This document shows, piece after piece, positions 38,040-51,429 of a DNA stretch of 64,000 bases; positions within the stretch are counted from its first letter, which is position 1; every line of letters begins with the position of its first letter. Made by a program: the position numbers and the translations under genes. The notes under the pieces are model-generated. The model made no database searches and was not told the DNA's origin. It worked only from the letters and a program-made list of their open reading frames with translations. Source of the stretch: Somniosus microcephalus (taxonomy: Eukaryota); the NCBI GenBank assembly GCA_052327205.1, contig CM126216.1:70370001-70434000 (forward strand), given 5' to 3'.

Positions 38040-38760
38040 CCCCTAGGAACAGGAGGTGGCCATTTAGCCCCTCGAGCCTGTTCCGCCATTCAATTAGATC
38101 ATGGCTGATCTGTGACTTAACTCCATATACCCGCCTTTGCCCCATATCCCTTAATACCTTTCATCAACAAAAATCTATCAATCTCAGATTTAAAATTAAC
38201 AATTGATCTAACATCAATTGTCGTTTGCAGAAGAGAGTTCCAAACTTCTACAACCCTTTGCGTGTAGACGAGTTTCCTAACTTCACTCCTGAAAGGACTG
38301 GCTCTAATTTTTAGACAATGCCCCCTAGTCCTAGACTCCCCAAACTGCAGAAATAGTTTCTCTCTATCTACCCTATCAGTTCCCCTTAATATCTTGAAAA
38401 CTTCGATCAAATCATCCCTTAACCTTCTAAATTCCAGGGAATACAACCCTAGTTTGTGTAATCTCTCCTCATAATTCAACCCTTGGAGTCCAGGTACCAT
38501 TCTGGTAAATCTACACTGCACTCCCTCCAAGGCCAATATATCCTTCCTCAGGTGTGGTGCCCAGAACTGCTCACACTGTTCCAGGTGTGATCTAATCAGG
38601 GCTTTGTGTAGCTGTAGCAAAACTTCTACCCCCTTGTATTCTAGTCCTCTAGATATAAAGGCCAGCATTCCATTAGCCTTTTTGATTATTTTCTGTACAT
38701 GGCCATGACATTTTAATGATCTATGTAAATGGACCCCCAAGTCTCTTTGGACCTCCACTG
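38040..38760 (-). mobile_element. CR1 LINE 3' fragment
   Basis: QRDLGV..KKANGMLAFI..RSHLE..LGLYSLEFRRLR..RTRGH..WNSL. Confidence 0.92.
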
Positions 38761-38768
38761 ATATCTTG

Positions 38769-39497
38769 CGAAATAACAACAGAAAATGCTGGAAAAACTC
38801 AGCAGGCCAGGCAACATCCGTGGAGAGAAATTAGAGTCGACGTTTCGGGTGAACCCTTTTTCAAAACTGGAAAGGAAATGAAATAGATCGAAGGCAGGGC
38901 TGCGATAGAACAAAAGAAGTAAAGAGACATTAAGAGGTATTCAAAACCAGACGAGATGGTAATAGGACAGTGGAGACAAAAGACGGCTCAGATTAGGTGT
39001 GAAGTGTACTGGCAGGATAAGACAGCTGCCATGTGGGAGAGAGAAAAAAAAAGTGGGGGGAAGGGAAAACTCAAAACAAAGGGGTGGAAAAAAAATATAA
39101 GTAAAAATGTAATAGGAGCAGAGGTTATGATCTGAAATTGTTGAACTCGATATTGAGTCCGGAAGGCTGCAAAGTGCCTAATCGGAAGATGAGGTGCTGT
39201 TCCTCGAGTTTACGTTGAGCTTCCGTGGAACAATGCAAGAGGCCAAGGACGGTGAGGTATCCACTGTCCTATTACCATCTCGTCTGGTTTTGAATACCTC
39301 TTAATGTCTCTTTACTTCTTTTGTTCTATCGCAGCCCTGCCTTCGATCTATTTCATTTCCTTTCCAGTTTTGAAAAAGGGTTCACCCGAAACGTCGACTC
39401 TAATTTCTCTCCACGGATGTTGCCTGGCCTGCTGAGTTTTTCCAGCATTTTCTGTTGTTATTTCGGATTTCCAGCATCTGCAGTATTTTGCTATCGT
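38769..39497. mobile_element. Penelope pLTR inverted pair
   Basis: 206-bp arms at 38769-38974 and 39260-39465 are reverse complements; flanking 15-bp direct repeat ACTGATATCTTGCGA (38757-38771, 39498-39512). Confidence 0.9.
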
Positions 39498-39498
39498 A

Positions 39499-39977
39499 CT
39501 GATATCTTGCGACCTGCTTGTACTTCATAGGTCATTGCGTCATCTATTCTCTTTCTACATCTTAGGAACAGTCAATTATGGATGAATGGGCAACAAGGGA
39601 AAAAGCAAATTTGCTGGAAAGAGCAAACCAAAACTCTGGGTCATTAGTACAGGATACAGGCGAACATAGTTTTATGCTCCAGGGATAACTCAATAGCAAT
39701 GACCAACTTTCTTTTCTGCATATTTTAATTCTCAATCATGGAGTGTCTGCTTATTTTTCCCAAAGTAATTAAGATAAAATTAGTTTTAAAATGGTATTAA
39801 TACTTTTCCTTTAATCTTTCATAGATTTCAAAATCTGTGCAAAATAGTGAATTCTCTTTTAAATCTACTGTTAAAAATAGCCTGATAATACTGTAATTTC
39901 CATCAGGTGATTTATCCTCAGATCCTACATCATAAAAATCAGTAAGATTCTTTGTGCCGTTACTGTCCTCTTCAAAT
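39499..39977 (+). pseudogene. Endogenous viral element fragment: SF1 RNA helicase motifs I-III, degraded
   Basis: SIMD..GKSK..LLERAN (GGA AAA AGC AAA at 39598-39609; cf. [20 protein letters not shown]); weak FID at ~39840; GDLS-QI at 39906-39924 (cf. GDTQQI). Confidence 0.55.
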
Positions 39978-40640
39978 AACATAAGAAATAGGAGCAGGAG
40001 TAGGCCATTCAGCCCCTCGAGCCTGCTCCACCATTCAATAAGGTCATGGCTGATCTTCCACATCAGCTCCACTTTCCTGCACTATCCCCATATCCCTTGA
40101 TTCTCTTAATATCCAAAAATCTATCTATCTCTGTCTTGAATATGCTCAATGACTGAGTCTCCACAGCCTTCTGGGGTAGAGAATTTGAAAGATTCACCAC
40201 CCTCTGAGTGAAGAAATTTCTCCTCATCTCAGTCCTAAATGGCTGACCCCTTATTCTGAGACTGTGACCCCTCGTTCTAGACTCCCCAGCAAGGGGAAAC
40301 ATCCTCCCTGCATCTACCCTGTCAAGCCCTGTAAGAATTTTGTATGTTTCAATGAGATCACCTCTCATTCTTCTAAACTCCAAAAAATATAGGCCTAGTC
40401 TACTCAATCTCTCCTCATAGGACAATCCCCCCATTCCAGGAATCAGTCTGGTGAACCTTTGTTGCACTCCCTCTGTGGCAAATATATCCTTCCTTAGGTA
40501 AGGAGACCAACACTGTACACAATACTCCAGGTGTGGTCTCACTAGGGCCCTATCTAATTGCAGTAAGACATCTTTACTCTTATACTCAAATCCTCTTGTA
40601 ATAAAGGCCAACATACCATTTGCTTTCTTAATTGCTTGCT
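39978..40640 (-). mobile_element. CR1 LINE 3' fragment
   Basis: ORF 40063-40662 is CR1 RT C-terminus; typical 3' UTR. Confidence 0.92.
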
Positions 40641-40791
40641 GGAAAGGAAATCTCCACATCAAACAGGCTGCATCACTAAGAATGCCCTCATTTATCCTTA
40701 TGTGGCTCAGTGTCGAATTATTTGTCTCTGCAGCGCCGTGGGACGTTTTACTATGTTAAAGGCGCTATATAAATACAAGTTGTTGTTGTTG

Positions 40792-41300
40792 AAACCAACT
40801 TCCAAGGCAACTTGCAATCTTACTGTAAAATATAATTCTTGGTGAATTTAAAGGACTAATCCAATCTAGTTTTTGAGATTGGATAATGACACTGTTTATG
40901 AATTCACACAGAGGTGAGCTGCATTATGAAGCAGTACTGGAGAGAAACCAGGAATTTCCTCCCATTCAGAAAGGGGGAAAATAATCAGTCATGTGACTAG
41001 GGGTCACAGGGGACACTCTTTTACACAACCGAGAGGACCGATCAGAGTCTAGCAGCAGCGTTCCTCTAAGCTGGGGAATAGTGTATGAAGCAGGAATCAA
41101 GAATTTTGGGGTTCAGTTGAAGTCAATAAACTTATTTGCCTACTGGATTATTTCCTTCTAATTCATTTTGAAAAGACATCAATTTGTACAATACATCATC
41201 AAGCCCCAGAAGTCTGGTTTTATTCTAGTTATTTTTATTTTGTCTCTTTCCTTAAATTTTCATTCCATTAACACATTCTTTTTCTATACAAGAGAAAGTG
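40792..41300 (+). pseudogene. Endogenous viral element fragment: helicase C-terminal motifs, degraded
   Basis: SFTQ at 41017-41028 (cf. TFTQ); VYEAG at 41081-41095 (cf. TVHE.QG); INLYN..SPRSLV at ~41180-41220 (cf. SPHVLVALSRH). Confidence 0.5.
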
Positions 41301-41760
41301 CACAAAGATCATAAATTGGTTGAGTTCGATCGCTATCAACCTGAAGTAGATACATAGCTTATAAGGTAAAGTGGTAATGCAGTCTAGGTAAGTAACACTG
41401 AGAGCCTATTTTAAGTTTGCTTGATTATCTTTGGGAACTGGGGAGCCTTTATGCAGATTATTTCCTCAAGAGATTAATTTGGAGGGGCAGAGGATTGATG
41501 CCGCCTTCTTGAACCGCTGCAGTCTGTGAGGTGAAGGTACTCCCACAGTGCTGACTTTGTTGTAGCGGTTTGGTACAACTGACTGGTTTGCTAGGCCATT
41601 TCAGAGAGGCAGTTAAAGAGTCAACCACATTGCTGTGGGTCTGGAGTCACATATAGGCCACACCGGGTAATGATAGCAGATTTCCTTCCCTAATGGGACA
41701 TTAGTGAACCAGTTGGGTTTTTCCAACAATCCGGTAGTTTCATGGTCACCATTACGGATA

Positions 41761-42052
41761 CAGGTGGAGCGTCCCAAATCCGGAGTTCCGGAATCCGGGA
41801 CGATTGGTGGCAGGGGTCCGGAATCTGTAAAATGTTCCGGAATCCAGACACCGAGGGAGGCTTACCAAAAAACGGAAATAGCGTAACCTGGACCCGGCAC
41901 GTGTTTCTGGTGTCCGAAGTCCGGAAATAACGCAGCCTGGGCTCGGGCGTTTCCGGACTTCGGACATCAGAAACACGTTCCGAAGTCCGGAAAAACCCAA
42001 AAACCATCTTGGCCTCAGTCCCGAGGTTGCCGGATTCGGGACGTTCTACTTG
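41761..42052. mobile_element. Tc1/mariner-type MITE
   Basis: TA TSD; imperfect TIRs CAGGTGGAGCGTCCCAAATCCGG / CCGGATTCGGGACGTTCTACTTG; internal TCCGGA palindromes. Confidence 0.8.
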
Positions 42053-43379
42053 TACTAGCTTTTTAAAATTCCAGATTTATTTAATTCTTGGATGCCCTGA
42101 TATCCACCGTGGTTAAAATGAAAACAGGCATGTGCGCAGCAGGTTGGGGTCGGATTTTGTGAATTTGACGATTTAACCACCCCGACCCTCTCCCACCTGT
42201 AGTGGGGGGATTAAAATTCCCCCCATTGTTTCATTCTATGGTTTTTTTCTGTCCTTATTAAAGTTTTAATATACATATTTGCCTATGAGGCCATGCATGA
42301 TTTTTATTCTCCCCGCCCCAAGAATTTTCTGTTTGCCTGTCCCCTCTGGGTCACCAACTTCTGCATCCAATAAGGGTGGGCAGGCAGCTGGCTCTCAAGC
42401 AACCACCAATGATGCAGTTAGTAGGTCACCAGCAAACAGTAGCTTGTGAAGGTTTCAAAATCTAATTTCCCACGCAACTGCAGGAGATGTATCTGGCATT
42501 TGCTCAGCATCTTCCCACAGCATAACAGTACAGCTCAGAACTTTCCAAGTTAAAAAAAAACATTGGGGTTGAAAATCCATAAATCTGATGGGAGAGCACT
42601 GGAAATTAGGCAGGGGACCAAATGCATGTGTCCCAGAATTACTGGGGGATTTCACAAGGCCTTGTAAGGGGCATGGCTTCCTTTCAAGGTCGGCGGCACA
42701 GAAAGAGGCAGGACCATGGACGGAGGCTCCCAATACTGCGAGTTTCCTCACTGGGATCTGATCCACCATCAGCAGAGGTATTCTTGGTGAGACCCGCCAA
42801 AGCAGGCTGCCGATTGGCAGTTGTGGAGCCCACCTGGGAGGAGGGGAACCCACCACTAGAACAGTCAACTTGTGCTGCATTACACAGAATTACATAGAAT
42901 GTACAGAACAGAAACAGGCCATTTGGCACAATTGGTCCATGCCGGTGTTTATGCTCGACATGAGCCTCCTCCCATCCTTTAGAACAAAGCAGGTGCCTTA
43001 GATGCACCCTTGCGCTGCTGACATCTGCCATTCATATATTAATTAAGGGTCATCCCCTTGACCCCACAAACTATGTGGGGTCAGCGGTGGAAGCCCCAGG
43101 CAGGTACTGTATATCCTGGACCTTAGGCTGGAATGCCCCATCCGCTGTGAAATTTCAGCCTTATACTGTTTTTATCGTAAATCTGAGAAAAGAGTTTTGT
43201 GGAACATACCAAGGTCAATGATAAAACAGAATTGGAGAATTGTATGGAAGCAGAGAATCACTTGGTTACCAGCACTCTTGGCATACACTAAAACAATGTA
43301 ATTGCATTGTGTTTTCGATTCTGTGTAGAAATGTTATTCTCAAGGGGTTAACCACCTGTGCTCATTATCCCCATGAAAA

Positions 43380-43920
43380 TAGTGCAGCTATCCCTGATGT
43401 CATTGGAATGCTTGTTATGTTGTTATGTTGGTCTGGTGTCTGGGTATCAAGGGACCCGTAGCAGCCAACCCTATTCTTCTGTCAATACCAGCTGAAGTCA
43501 ATTTTGTTGCTGACTTCTTAGTGTTATTAAAAATTAAAACATTGCTGAATTTCACGTTAAGAAAATCATACTTTGGTTCTAATTTGTTGACTTCAGTGCA
43601 ATTGTTCAGGCAGTCTAATATGAGCTACTGAAAGTGATCAACAGGCAGCAGCCAAATTTAATCAGAAAATCTAGTGTACTTGTATTGTATATATCAGTTT
43701 TGCTAATTGCAACAGGTTATTGATGACATTACCCAGATTTATTATTCTTTGCAGCCAGGGTTAATGTTGATAAATCAATTTAGAGATGATTTCAAAAACT
43801 ACTGTACAAACGTTTTGATGATTGTGGACCTTCAATTGCTGATTGGGCAGAGGGTCAAGGGGAAAAATCATTGCAATAATTCTTTGCATTAACCTAGAGC
43901 AATTCCACTGCTGCATAGAA
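43380..43920 (+). pseudogene. Endogenous viral element fragment: RdRp N-terminal region, degraded
   Basis: SNLLTSVQLFRQS/YELLKVINRQQPNL (cf. [30 protein letters not shown]); QQVIDDITQIYY (cf. LVVDKFFDSY); SIADWAEGQ (cf. SLNRWLEKQ). Confidence 0.5.
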
Positions 43921-46900
43921 CAAGACTGCAGAAGTCACTGGTGGGAGCAGTCTACAGGCCCCCTAACAGTAGCTACATAGAAACATAGAAGATAGGAGCA
44001 GGAGTAGGCCATTCGGCCCCTCGAGCCTGTTCTGCTTTTAATGAGATCATGGCTGATCATCCAAATTCAGTACCCTGTCCCTGCTTTCTCCCCATATCCC
44101 TTGATTCCTTTAGCCTTAAGAAATATATCTAACTCCTTCTTGAATATATTTAATAAGTTGGCCTCAACTGCCTTCTGTGGTAGAGAATTCCACAGGTTCA
44201 CCACTCTCGGTGAAGAAATTCCTCCTCATCTCAGTCCTAAATGGCATATCCCTTATCCTTAGACTGTGACCCCTGGTTCTGGACTCCCCCGCCATCGGGA
44301 ACATCCTTCCTGCATCTAGTCTGTCTAGTCCTGTTAGAATTTTATAAGTTTCAATGAGATCCCCTCTCATTCTTCTAAACTCCAGCGAATATAAGCCCAA
44401 TCGACCCAATCTCTCCTCATACGTCATTCCTGCCATCCCAGGTATCAGTCTGGTGAATCTTCGCTGCACTCCCTCCATAGCAAGAACATCCTTCCTCAGA
44501 TAAGGCGACCAAAACTGCACACAATACTCAAGGTGTAGTCTCACCAAGGCCCTGTACAACTGCAGCAAGACATTCTTGCTCCTGTACTCAAATCCTCTTG
44601 CTATGAAGGCCAACATACCATTTGCCTTCTTAACCGCCTGCTGCACCTGCATGCTTACCTTCAGCGACTGGTGCACAAGGACACCCAGGTCTCGTTGCAC
44701 TTCCCCTTTTCCCAATCTATTGCTGTTCAGATAATAATCTGTCTTCCTGTTTTTGCCACCAAAGTGGATAACTTCGCATTTATCCACATTATACTGCATC
44801 TGCCCAATCACCCAACCTGTACAAATCATACTGGAGTTTCTCTGCATCCTCCTCACAGCACACACGCCCACCCAGCTTTGTGTCGTCTGCAAACTTGGAG
44901 ATATTACATCTAGTTCCCTTGTCTAGATCATTAATATATATTGTGAATAGCTGGGGCCCTAGCACTGATCCATGCAGTACCCCACTAGTCACTGCCTGCC
45001 ACTCGGAAAAAGACCCGTTTATTCCAACTCTTTGCGTCCTGTCTGCCAACCAGTTCTCTATCCAAGTCAATACTTTACCCCCAATCCCATGTGCTTTAAC
45101 TTTGCATGCCAATCTCTTATGCAGGACCTTATCGAAAGCCTTCTGAAAGTCCAAATACACCACATCCACTGGTTCTCCCTTATCTATTCTACCAGTTACA
45201 TCCTCAAAAAATTCCAGTAGATTAGTCAAGCATGATTTACCTTTTGTAAATCCATGTTGACTTTGTCCGATCCTGTCACTGTTTTCCAAGTGCTCTGCTA
45301 TTACATCTTTTATAATGGACTCTAGCATTTTCCCCACTACTGATGTCAGGCTTACTGGTCTATAATTCCCCGTTTTCTCTCTACCACCTTTTTTAAACAG
45401 TGGGGTTACATTAGCTACCCTCCAATCCATGGGAACTATTCCAGAGTCTATAGGATTTTGGAAGATGACCAGCAATGCATCTACTATTTCTAGGGCCACT
45501 TCCTTAAGTACCCTAGGATGTAGATTATCAGGCCCTGCGGATTTATCGGCCTTCAATGTAGAACATAGTATAAATCAAGAAATAAGGGAGCTTGTAAGTA
45601 AGGTACTGCAATAATCATGGGCGATTTGAATCTTCATATAGATTGGACAAATCAAATTGGCAAGGGTAGCCTTGAGGAGGAGTTCATAGTGTGTATTCGG
45701 GATGGTTTCTTAGAACAATACATTGTGGAACCAACCAGGGAGCATGCCATTTTAAATCTGGAAATGTGTAATGAGACAGGATTAATTAAAGATCTCATCG
45801 TAAAGGATCCTCCAGGGAAGAGTGATCATAACATGATAGAATTTCAAATTCAGTTTGAGAGTGAGAAACTTGGGTCTGAAACTAGTGTGCTAAACTTAAA
45901 TAAAGGCAATTACAAAGGTATGAAGACAGTGTTGGCTAAAGTGGACTGGGAAAATAGGTTAATGGGTAAGACGGCAGACGGTAAATAAGCTGCGGCAGAC
46001 ATTTAAGGAGATATTTCATAACTCTCAGCAAAGGTTTATTCCAGTGGGAAAGAAAGACTATGAGAAGGATGAACCATCCGTGGCTAACTAAGGAAGTTAA
46101 GGAGGGTATCAAAGAACATAAGAAATAGGAGCAGGAGTAGGCCAATCGGCCCCTCAAGCCTGCTCCGCCATTTAATAAGATCATGGCTGATCTGATCCTA
46201 ACCGCCAATCTACTATCACAGAACCATCTCCTGAATCTAACAGAATTAGACACACGAAATAGCAGCAGGATCAGGCTACACGGCCCCTGGGCCTGCTCCG
46301 CTACCCACAGGGCCATGTCCGATCCGAACCTAGACTCATGTCCAAATTCCTGCCCGCTCCCCGTAACCCTTTATTCCCTTTACTTCTAGGAAACTGTCTA
46401 TTTCTGTTTTAAATTTATGTAATGATGTAGCTTCTACAGCTTTTTGGGGCAGCATATTCCATGGACCTACCACCCTCTGAGTGAAGTAGTTCCTACTCAT
46501 CTCAGTTTTGAAAGAGCAGCCCCTTATTCTAAGACTATGCCCCTTAGTTCTAGTTTCACCCATCATCGGGAACATCCTCCCCGCATCCACCCGATCCAAC
46601 CCCTTCACAATCTTATATGTTTCAATAAGATCGCCTCTCATTCTTCTGAACTCCAATGAGTAGAGTCCCAATCTACTCAACCTCTCCTCATATGTCCATC
46701 CCCTCATCCCCGGGATTAACCGAGTGAACCTTCTTTGTACTGACTCGAGAGCAAGTATGTCTTTTCTTAAGTATGGACACCAAAACTGTATGCAGTATTC
46801 CAGGTGCGGTCTCACCAATACCTTGTACAACTGAAGCAATACCTCCCTATTTTTATATTCTATCCCCCTAGCAATGAAAGCCAACATTCCATTGGCCTTC

Positions 46901-47441
46901 TTAATCACTTGCTGCACCTGCATACTAACCTTTTGAGTTTCGTGCACCAGGACCCCCAGATCCCTTTGTACTTCAGTACTTTCCAGTTTCTTGCCATTAA
47001 GATAATAGCTTGCTCTAAGATTTTTCCTGCCAAAGTGCATAACCTCACACTTTCCAGTATTGTATTCCATCTGCCAAATCTCTGCCCACTTACTTAGCCT
47101 GTCTATGTCACTTTGCAGGTTTTTTATGTCCTCCTCACTCACTACTTTCCCTCCCATCTTAGTATCATCTGCAAACTTTGATATGTTACACTTGGTCCCC
47201 TCCTCCAAATCGTTAATATAGATTGTAAAGAGTTGGGGACCCAGCACCGACCCCTGCGGAACACCACTAGTTACGGATTGCCATTCTGAGAATGAACCAT
47301 TTATCCCAACTCTCTGCCTTCTGTTAGATAGCCAATCCTCTATCCATGCCAGAATATTACCCCCAATCCCGTGATTTTTTATCTAAAGCAATAATCTTTT
47401 GTGTGGCACCTTGTCAAATGCCTTTTGGAAGTCTAAATACA

Positions 47442-47850
47442 CTAATATAATATAATAATAATTCAACTTTATTGTCATTGTACAATGCACAAGTACATGA
47501 ACAACAAAATGTGATCTTGCAAGCTCCCATGAGTCCAGTACAAATAACATTAACATTAAACGTAAATAGCACCGTCCTGGGAGAAGCAAAGCTGCTGCGT
47601 CTGTGCGCGCCGCCATTCCATTTCCACCATTCCTCCTGTCCGACAATCTTCAGCCCAACGCCCGGGCCTGCTCACCAGCCGCCCCTCCCGGGGCTCCTTC
47701 CGTGACCTTCTCACCAACCGCCCCTCCTCGGGGCTCCTTCCGTGACCTTCTGCGCCTGGTCTTCCCTGATGGTCACCCCTCCAGATACTAACCAGGCCTG
47801 GCTCTGCTTAGCTTCCAAACCTTGCCAGTGACCCTGTCCCTAGTCCCAGG
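47442..47850 (-). mobile_element. 5S rRNA-derived SINE (SINE3-like) with Rex/Babar-type tail
   Basis: Minus strand GGAAGCTAAGCAGAGCCAGGCCTGGTTAGTATCTGGAGGGGTGACC resembles the 5S internal control region; tail ..ACAATGACAATAAAGTTGA matches 53290-53352. Confidence 0.75.
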
Positions 47851-50800
47851 AACGTCCACTGGTTCCCCTTTATCCACCCTATATGTTACTTCCTCAAAGA
47901 ACTCCAGCAAATTTGTCAAACATGACTCCCCCTTCATAAAACCATGCTGACTTTGTCCTATTAAATGATGATTATCCAAATGTCCTGTTACTGTCTCCTT
48001 AATAATGGACTCCAAAATTTTACCTACCACAGATGTTAGGCTAACCGGTCTATAGTTTCCAGCCTTCTGTCTACTGCCCTTTTTAAATAAGGGTGTTACA
48101 TTTGCAGTTTTCCAGTCTGCCGGGACCTTTGCTGAGTCCAGGGAGTTTTGGAAAATTATTACCAATGCATCCACAATCCCTACCGCCACTTCCCTCAAGA
48201 CCCTAGGATGTAAGCCATCAGGTCCAGGTGATTTATCCGCCTTGAGTCCCATTATTTTACCGAGTACCACTTCCTTAGTGATTTTGATCGTGTTTAGCTC
48301 CTCCCCGCCTATTTGTTTGTCCAGTGTTGGGATATTCTTAGTGTCTTCTACTGTAAAGACTGATACAAAATATTCAGTGTTTTTGCCATCTCCATATTTC
48401 CCACCATTAATTTCCCGGTCTCATCCTCTAAGGGACCAACATTTACTTTAGCCACCCTTTTTCTTTTTATATAACTATAAAAACTCTTACTATCTGTTTT
48501 TATATTTTTTGCTAATTTACTTTCATAATCTATCTTCCCTTTCTTAATCAATCTTTTTGTTATTTTTTGCTGTCTTTTAAAGTTTTCCCAATCCTCTATC
48601 CTCCCACTAGATTTGGCTACCTTATATGCCCTTGTTTTTAGTCGAATACTATCCTTAATTTCTTTACTTAGCCACGGATGGCTGTCTTTTCTTTTACACC
48701 CTTTTCTTCTCAGTGGAATATATATTTTTTGGAAGTTGTAAAATAACTCCTTAAATGTACACCACTGATCATGTATCGTCTTACCCTTTAATCTATTTTC
48801 CCAATCCACTCTACTCAATTCCGCTCTCATACCTTCATAGTCTCCTTTATTCAAGCTCAGCACGCTTGTTTGAGATCCAACCTTCTCACCCTCTACTTGA
48901 ATATGGAATTCAACCATGTTATGGTCACTCATTCCAAGGGGATCCTTTACTAGGACATTTTTAATTAATCCTGTCTCGTTACACAGGACCAGATCTAAGG
49001 TTGCTTGCCCCCTGGTCGGTTCAGTTACATACTGCTCAAGAAACCCATCCCTAATACACTCAATGAACTCATCCTCAAGGCAGCCCTGCCCAATTTGATT
49101 TGTCCAATTAATATGATAGTTAAAATCCCCCATAATTATAGATGTTCCCTTATTACAAGCCTCAACTATTTCCTGATTGATACTCCGTCCAACAGAGTTG
49201 CCACTGTTCGGAGGCCTATAGACTACGCCCACTAGTGTTTTTTTCCCCTTATTATTCCTTACCTCCACCCAAACTGTTTCATTATCCTGATCTTTTGACC
49301 CAATATCATTTCTCTGTATTACAGTGATTCCTTCCTTTATTAACATAGCCACCCCACCTCCCCTTCCTTCCTGCCTGTCCTTCCTGATCGTTAAATAACC
49401 TGGTATGTTTAATTCCCAGGCAGTCACCCTGCAGCCATGTTTCTGTAATGGCCACAAGATCATACCCATATGTAGTTATTTGTGCCATTAACTCGTCTAT
49501 TTTGTTACGAATGCTACGTGCATTCAGATAGAGAACTTTCAAATATGTTTTGTGACACTTAGTTCCTGCTTTTGCCCTTTTTATTACTTTACCTTTTACT
49601 CCATACCTTCTGCCCCTTCCTTACACGCTCTGGTTTTTAATTTCCCCACTGCTACCTAAGTCTATGACCTTCTCTGTTGTCATTTTTATTATTTGCTCTC
49701 TAGGAACCTCCCCCCCACTAGTTAGTTTAAAGCCCTCTCTACAGCCCTAGTTATATGATCCGCCAGGACTCTAGTCCCAGCACTGGCCAAGTGAAGCCCG
49801 TCCCAACGGAACAGCTCCCTCCTGCCCCAGTACTGGTGCCAGTGTCCCAGGAAGCAAAACCCATTTCTCCTACACCAGTCTTTGAGCCACGCATTTAACT
49901 CTCTAATTTTATTTGTCCTAGCCAAATTTGCTCGTGGCTCAGGTAATAACCCTTGAGGTTCTGTTTTTAAATTTGACCCCTAGCTGCTCATACTCCTTTA
50001 ACAGAACCGGCTTCGTAGTCCTATCTACGTCGTTTGTACCAACATGGACCACGACAACTGGATCCACCCCCTCCCACTGCAAGTTTCTTTCCAGCCCAGA
50101 GGAGACGTCCTTAACCCTGGCACCGGGTAGGCAACACAGCCTTCGGGACTCTCGCTCTCGGCTGCAGAGAACTCTATCTATCCCCCTAATAATACTATCC
50201 CCTACCACTACAACATTTCTAGTTACTCCCCCCTCTTGAATGGCCCCCCGTTCCACGGTGCTGTGGCCAGGTTGCCCATCCTCCCTGAAGTCCCTGCTCC
50301 CGTCCCCACAGGGAACAAATTGAAAGAAAAGGCATACAATGTAGCCAAGATTAGTGGTAGGCCAGAGGATTGGGAAATTTTTAGAAAGCAGCAAAGGATG
50401 ACTAAAAAAATAATAAAGAGGGAGAAGATAGATTATGAGAGTAAACTAGCAAAAAATATTAAAAACAGACAGTAAGAGCGTCTACAGGTATATACAAAGG
50501 AAGAGAGTAGCTAAAGTAAACATTGGTCCTTAAGAGGATGAGACTGGGGTATTAATAATGTGAAACAGGGAAATGGCACAGACTTTGAACAAATATTTTG
50601 CATCGGTCTTCACGGTAGAAGACACTAAAAGCATCCCAATAATAATTGATAATCAAGGGGTTATAGGGAGGGAGGAACTTAAAACAATCACTATCACTAG
50701 AGAAAAAGTACTAGGCAAACTAATGGGACTAAAGGCTGACAAGTCCCCTGGACCTGATGGCCTGCATCCTAGGGTCTTAAAAGAAATGGCTGCAGAGATA

Positions 50801-51429
50801 TTGGATGCGTTGATTGTAATCTACCAAAATTTCCTGGATTCTGGAGAGGTCCCAGCGCAAATCTAACGCCCCTATTCAAGAAAGGAGGGAGACAGAAAGC
50901 AGGAAACTATAGGCTAGTTAGCCTAACATCTGTCATTGGGAAAATGCTAAAATCCATTATTAAGGAAGTAATAGCAGGACATTTAGAAAATCATAATACA
51001 ATCAAGCAGAGTCAACATGGTTTTATGAAAGGGAAATCGTGTTTGACAAATTTACTAGAGTTCTTTGAGGGTGTAATGAGCAGGGTGGATAACAGGGAAC
51101 CAGTAGGTGTAGTGTATTTGAATTTCCAGAGGCATTTGATAAGGTGCCACATAAAAGTTTACTGCACAAGATAAGAGCTCATGGGTTTGGGGGTAATATA
51201 TTAGCATGGATAGAGGATTGGCTAACTAACAGAAAACAGAGAGTCGGGATAAATAGGTAATTTTCAGGTTGGCAAACTGTAACTGGTGGGGTGCCACAGG
51301 GATGAGTGCTGGGGCCTCAACTATTTACAATCTATTTAATGACTTGGATGAAGGGACTGAGTATATTGTAGCCAAATTTGCTGATGATACAAAGATAGGT
51401 GGGAAAGCAAGTTGTGAAGAGGACACAAA

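Noticed and set aside
47755-47818. 5S rRNA gene
   Set aside because: Partial and diverged, and attached to a LINE-type tail.
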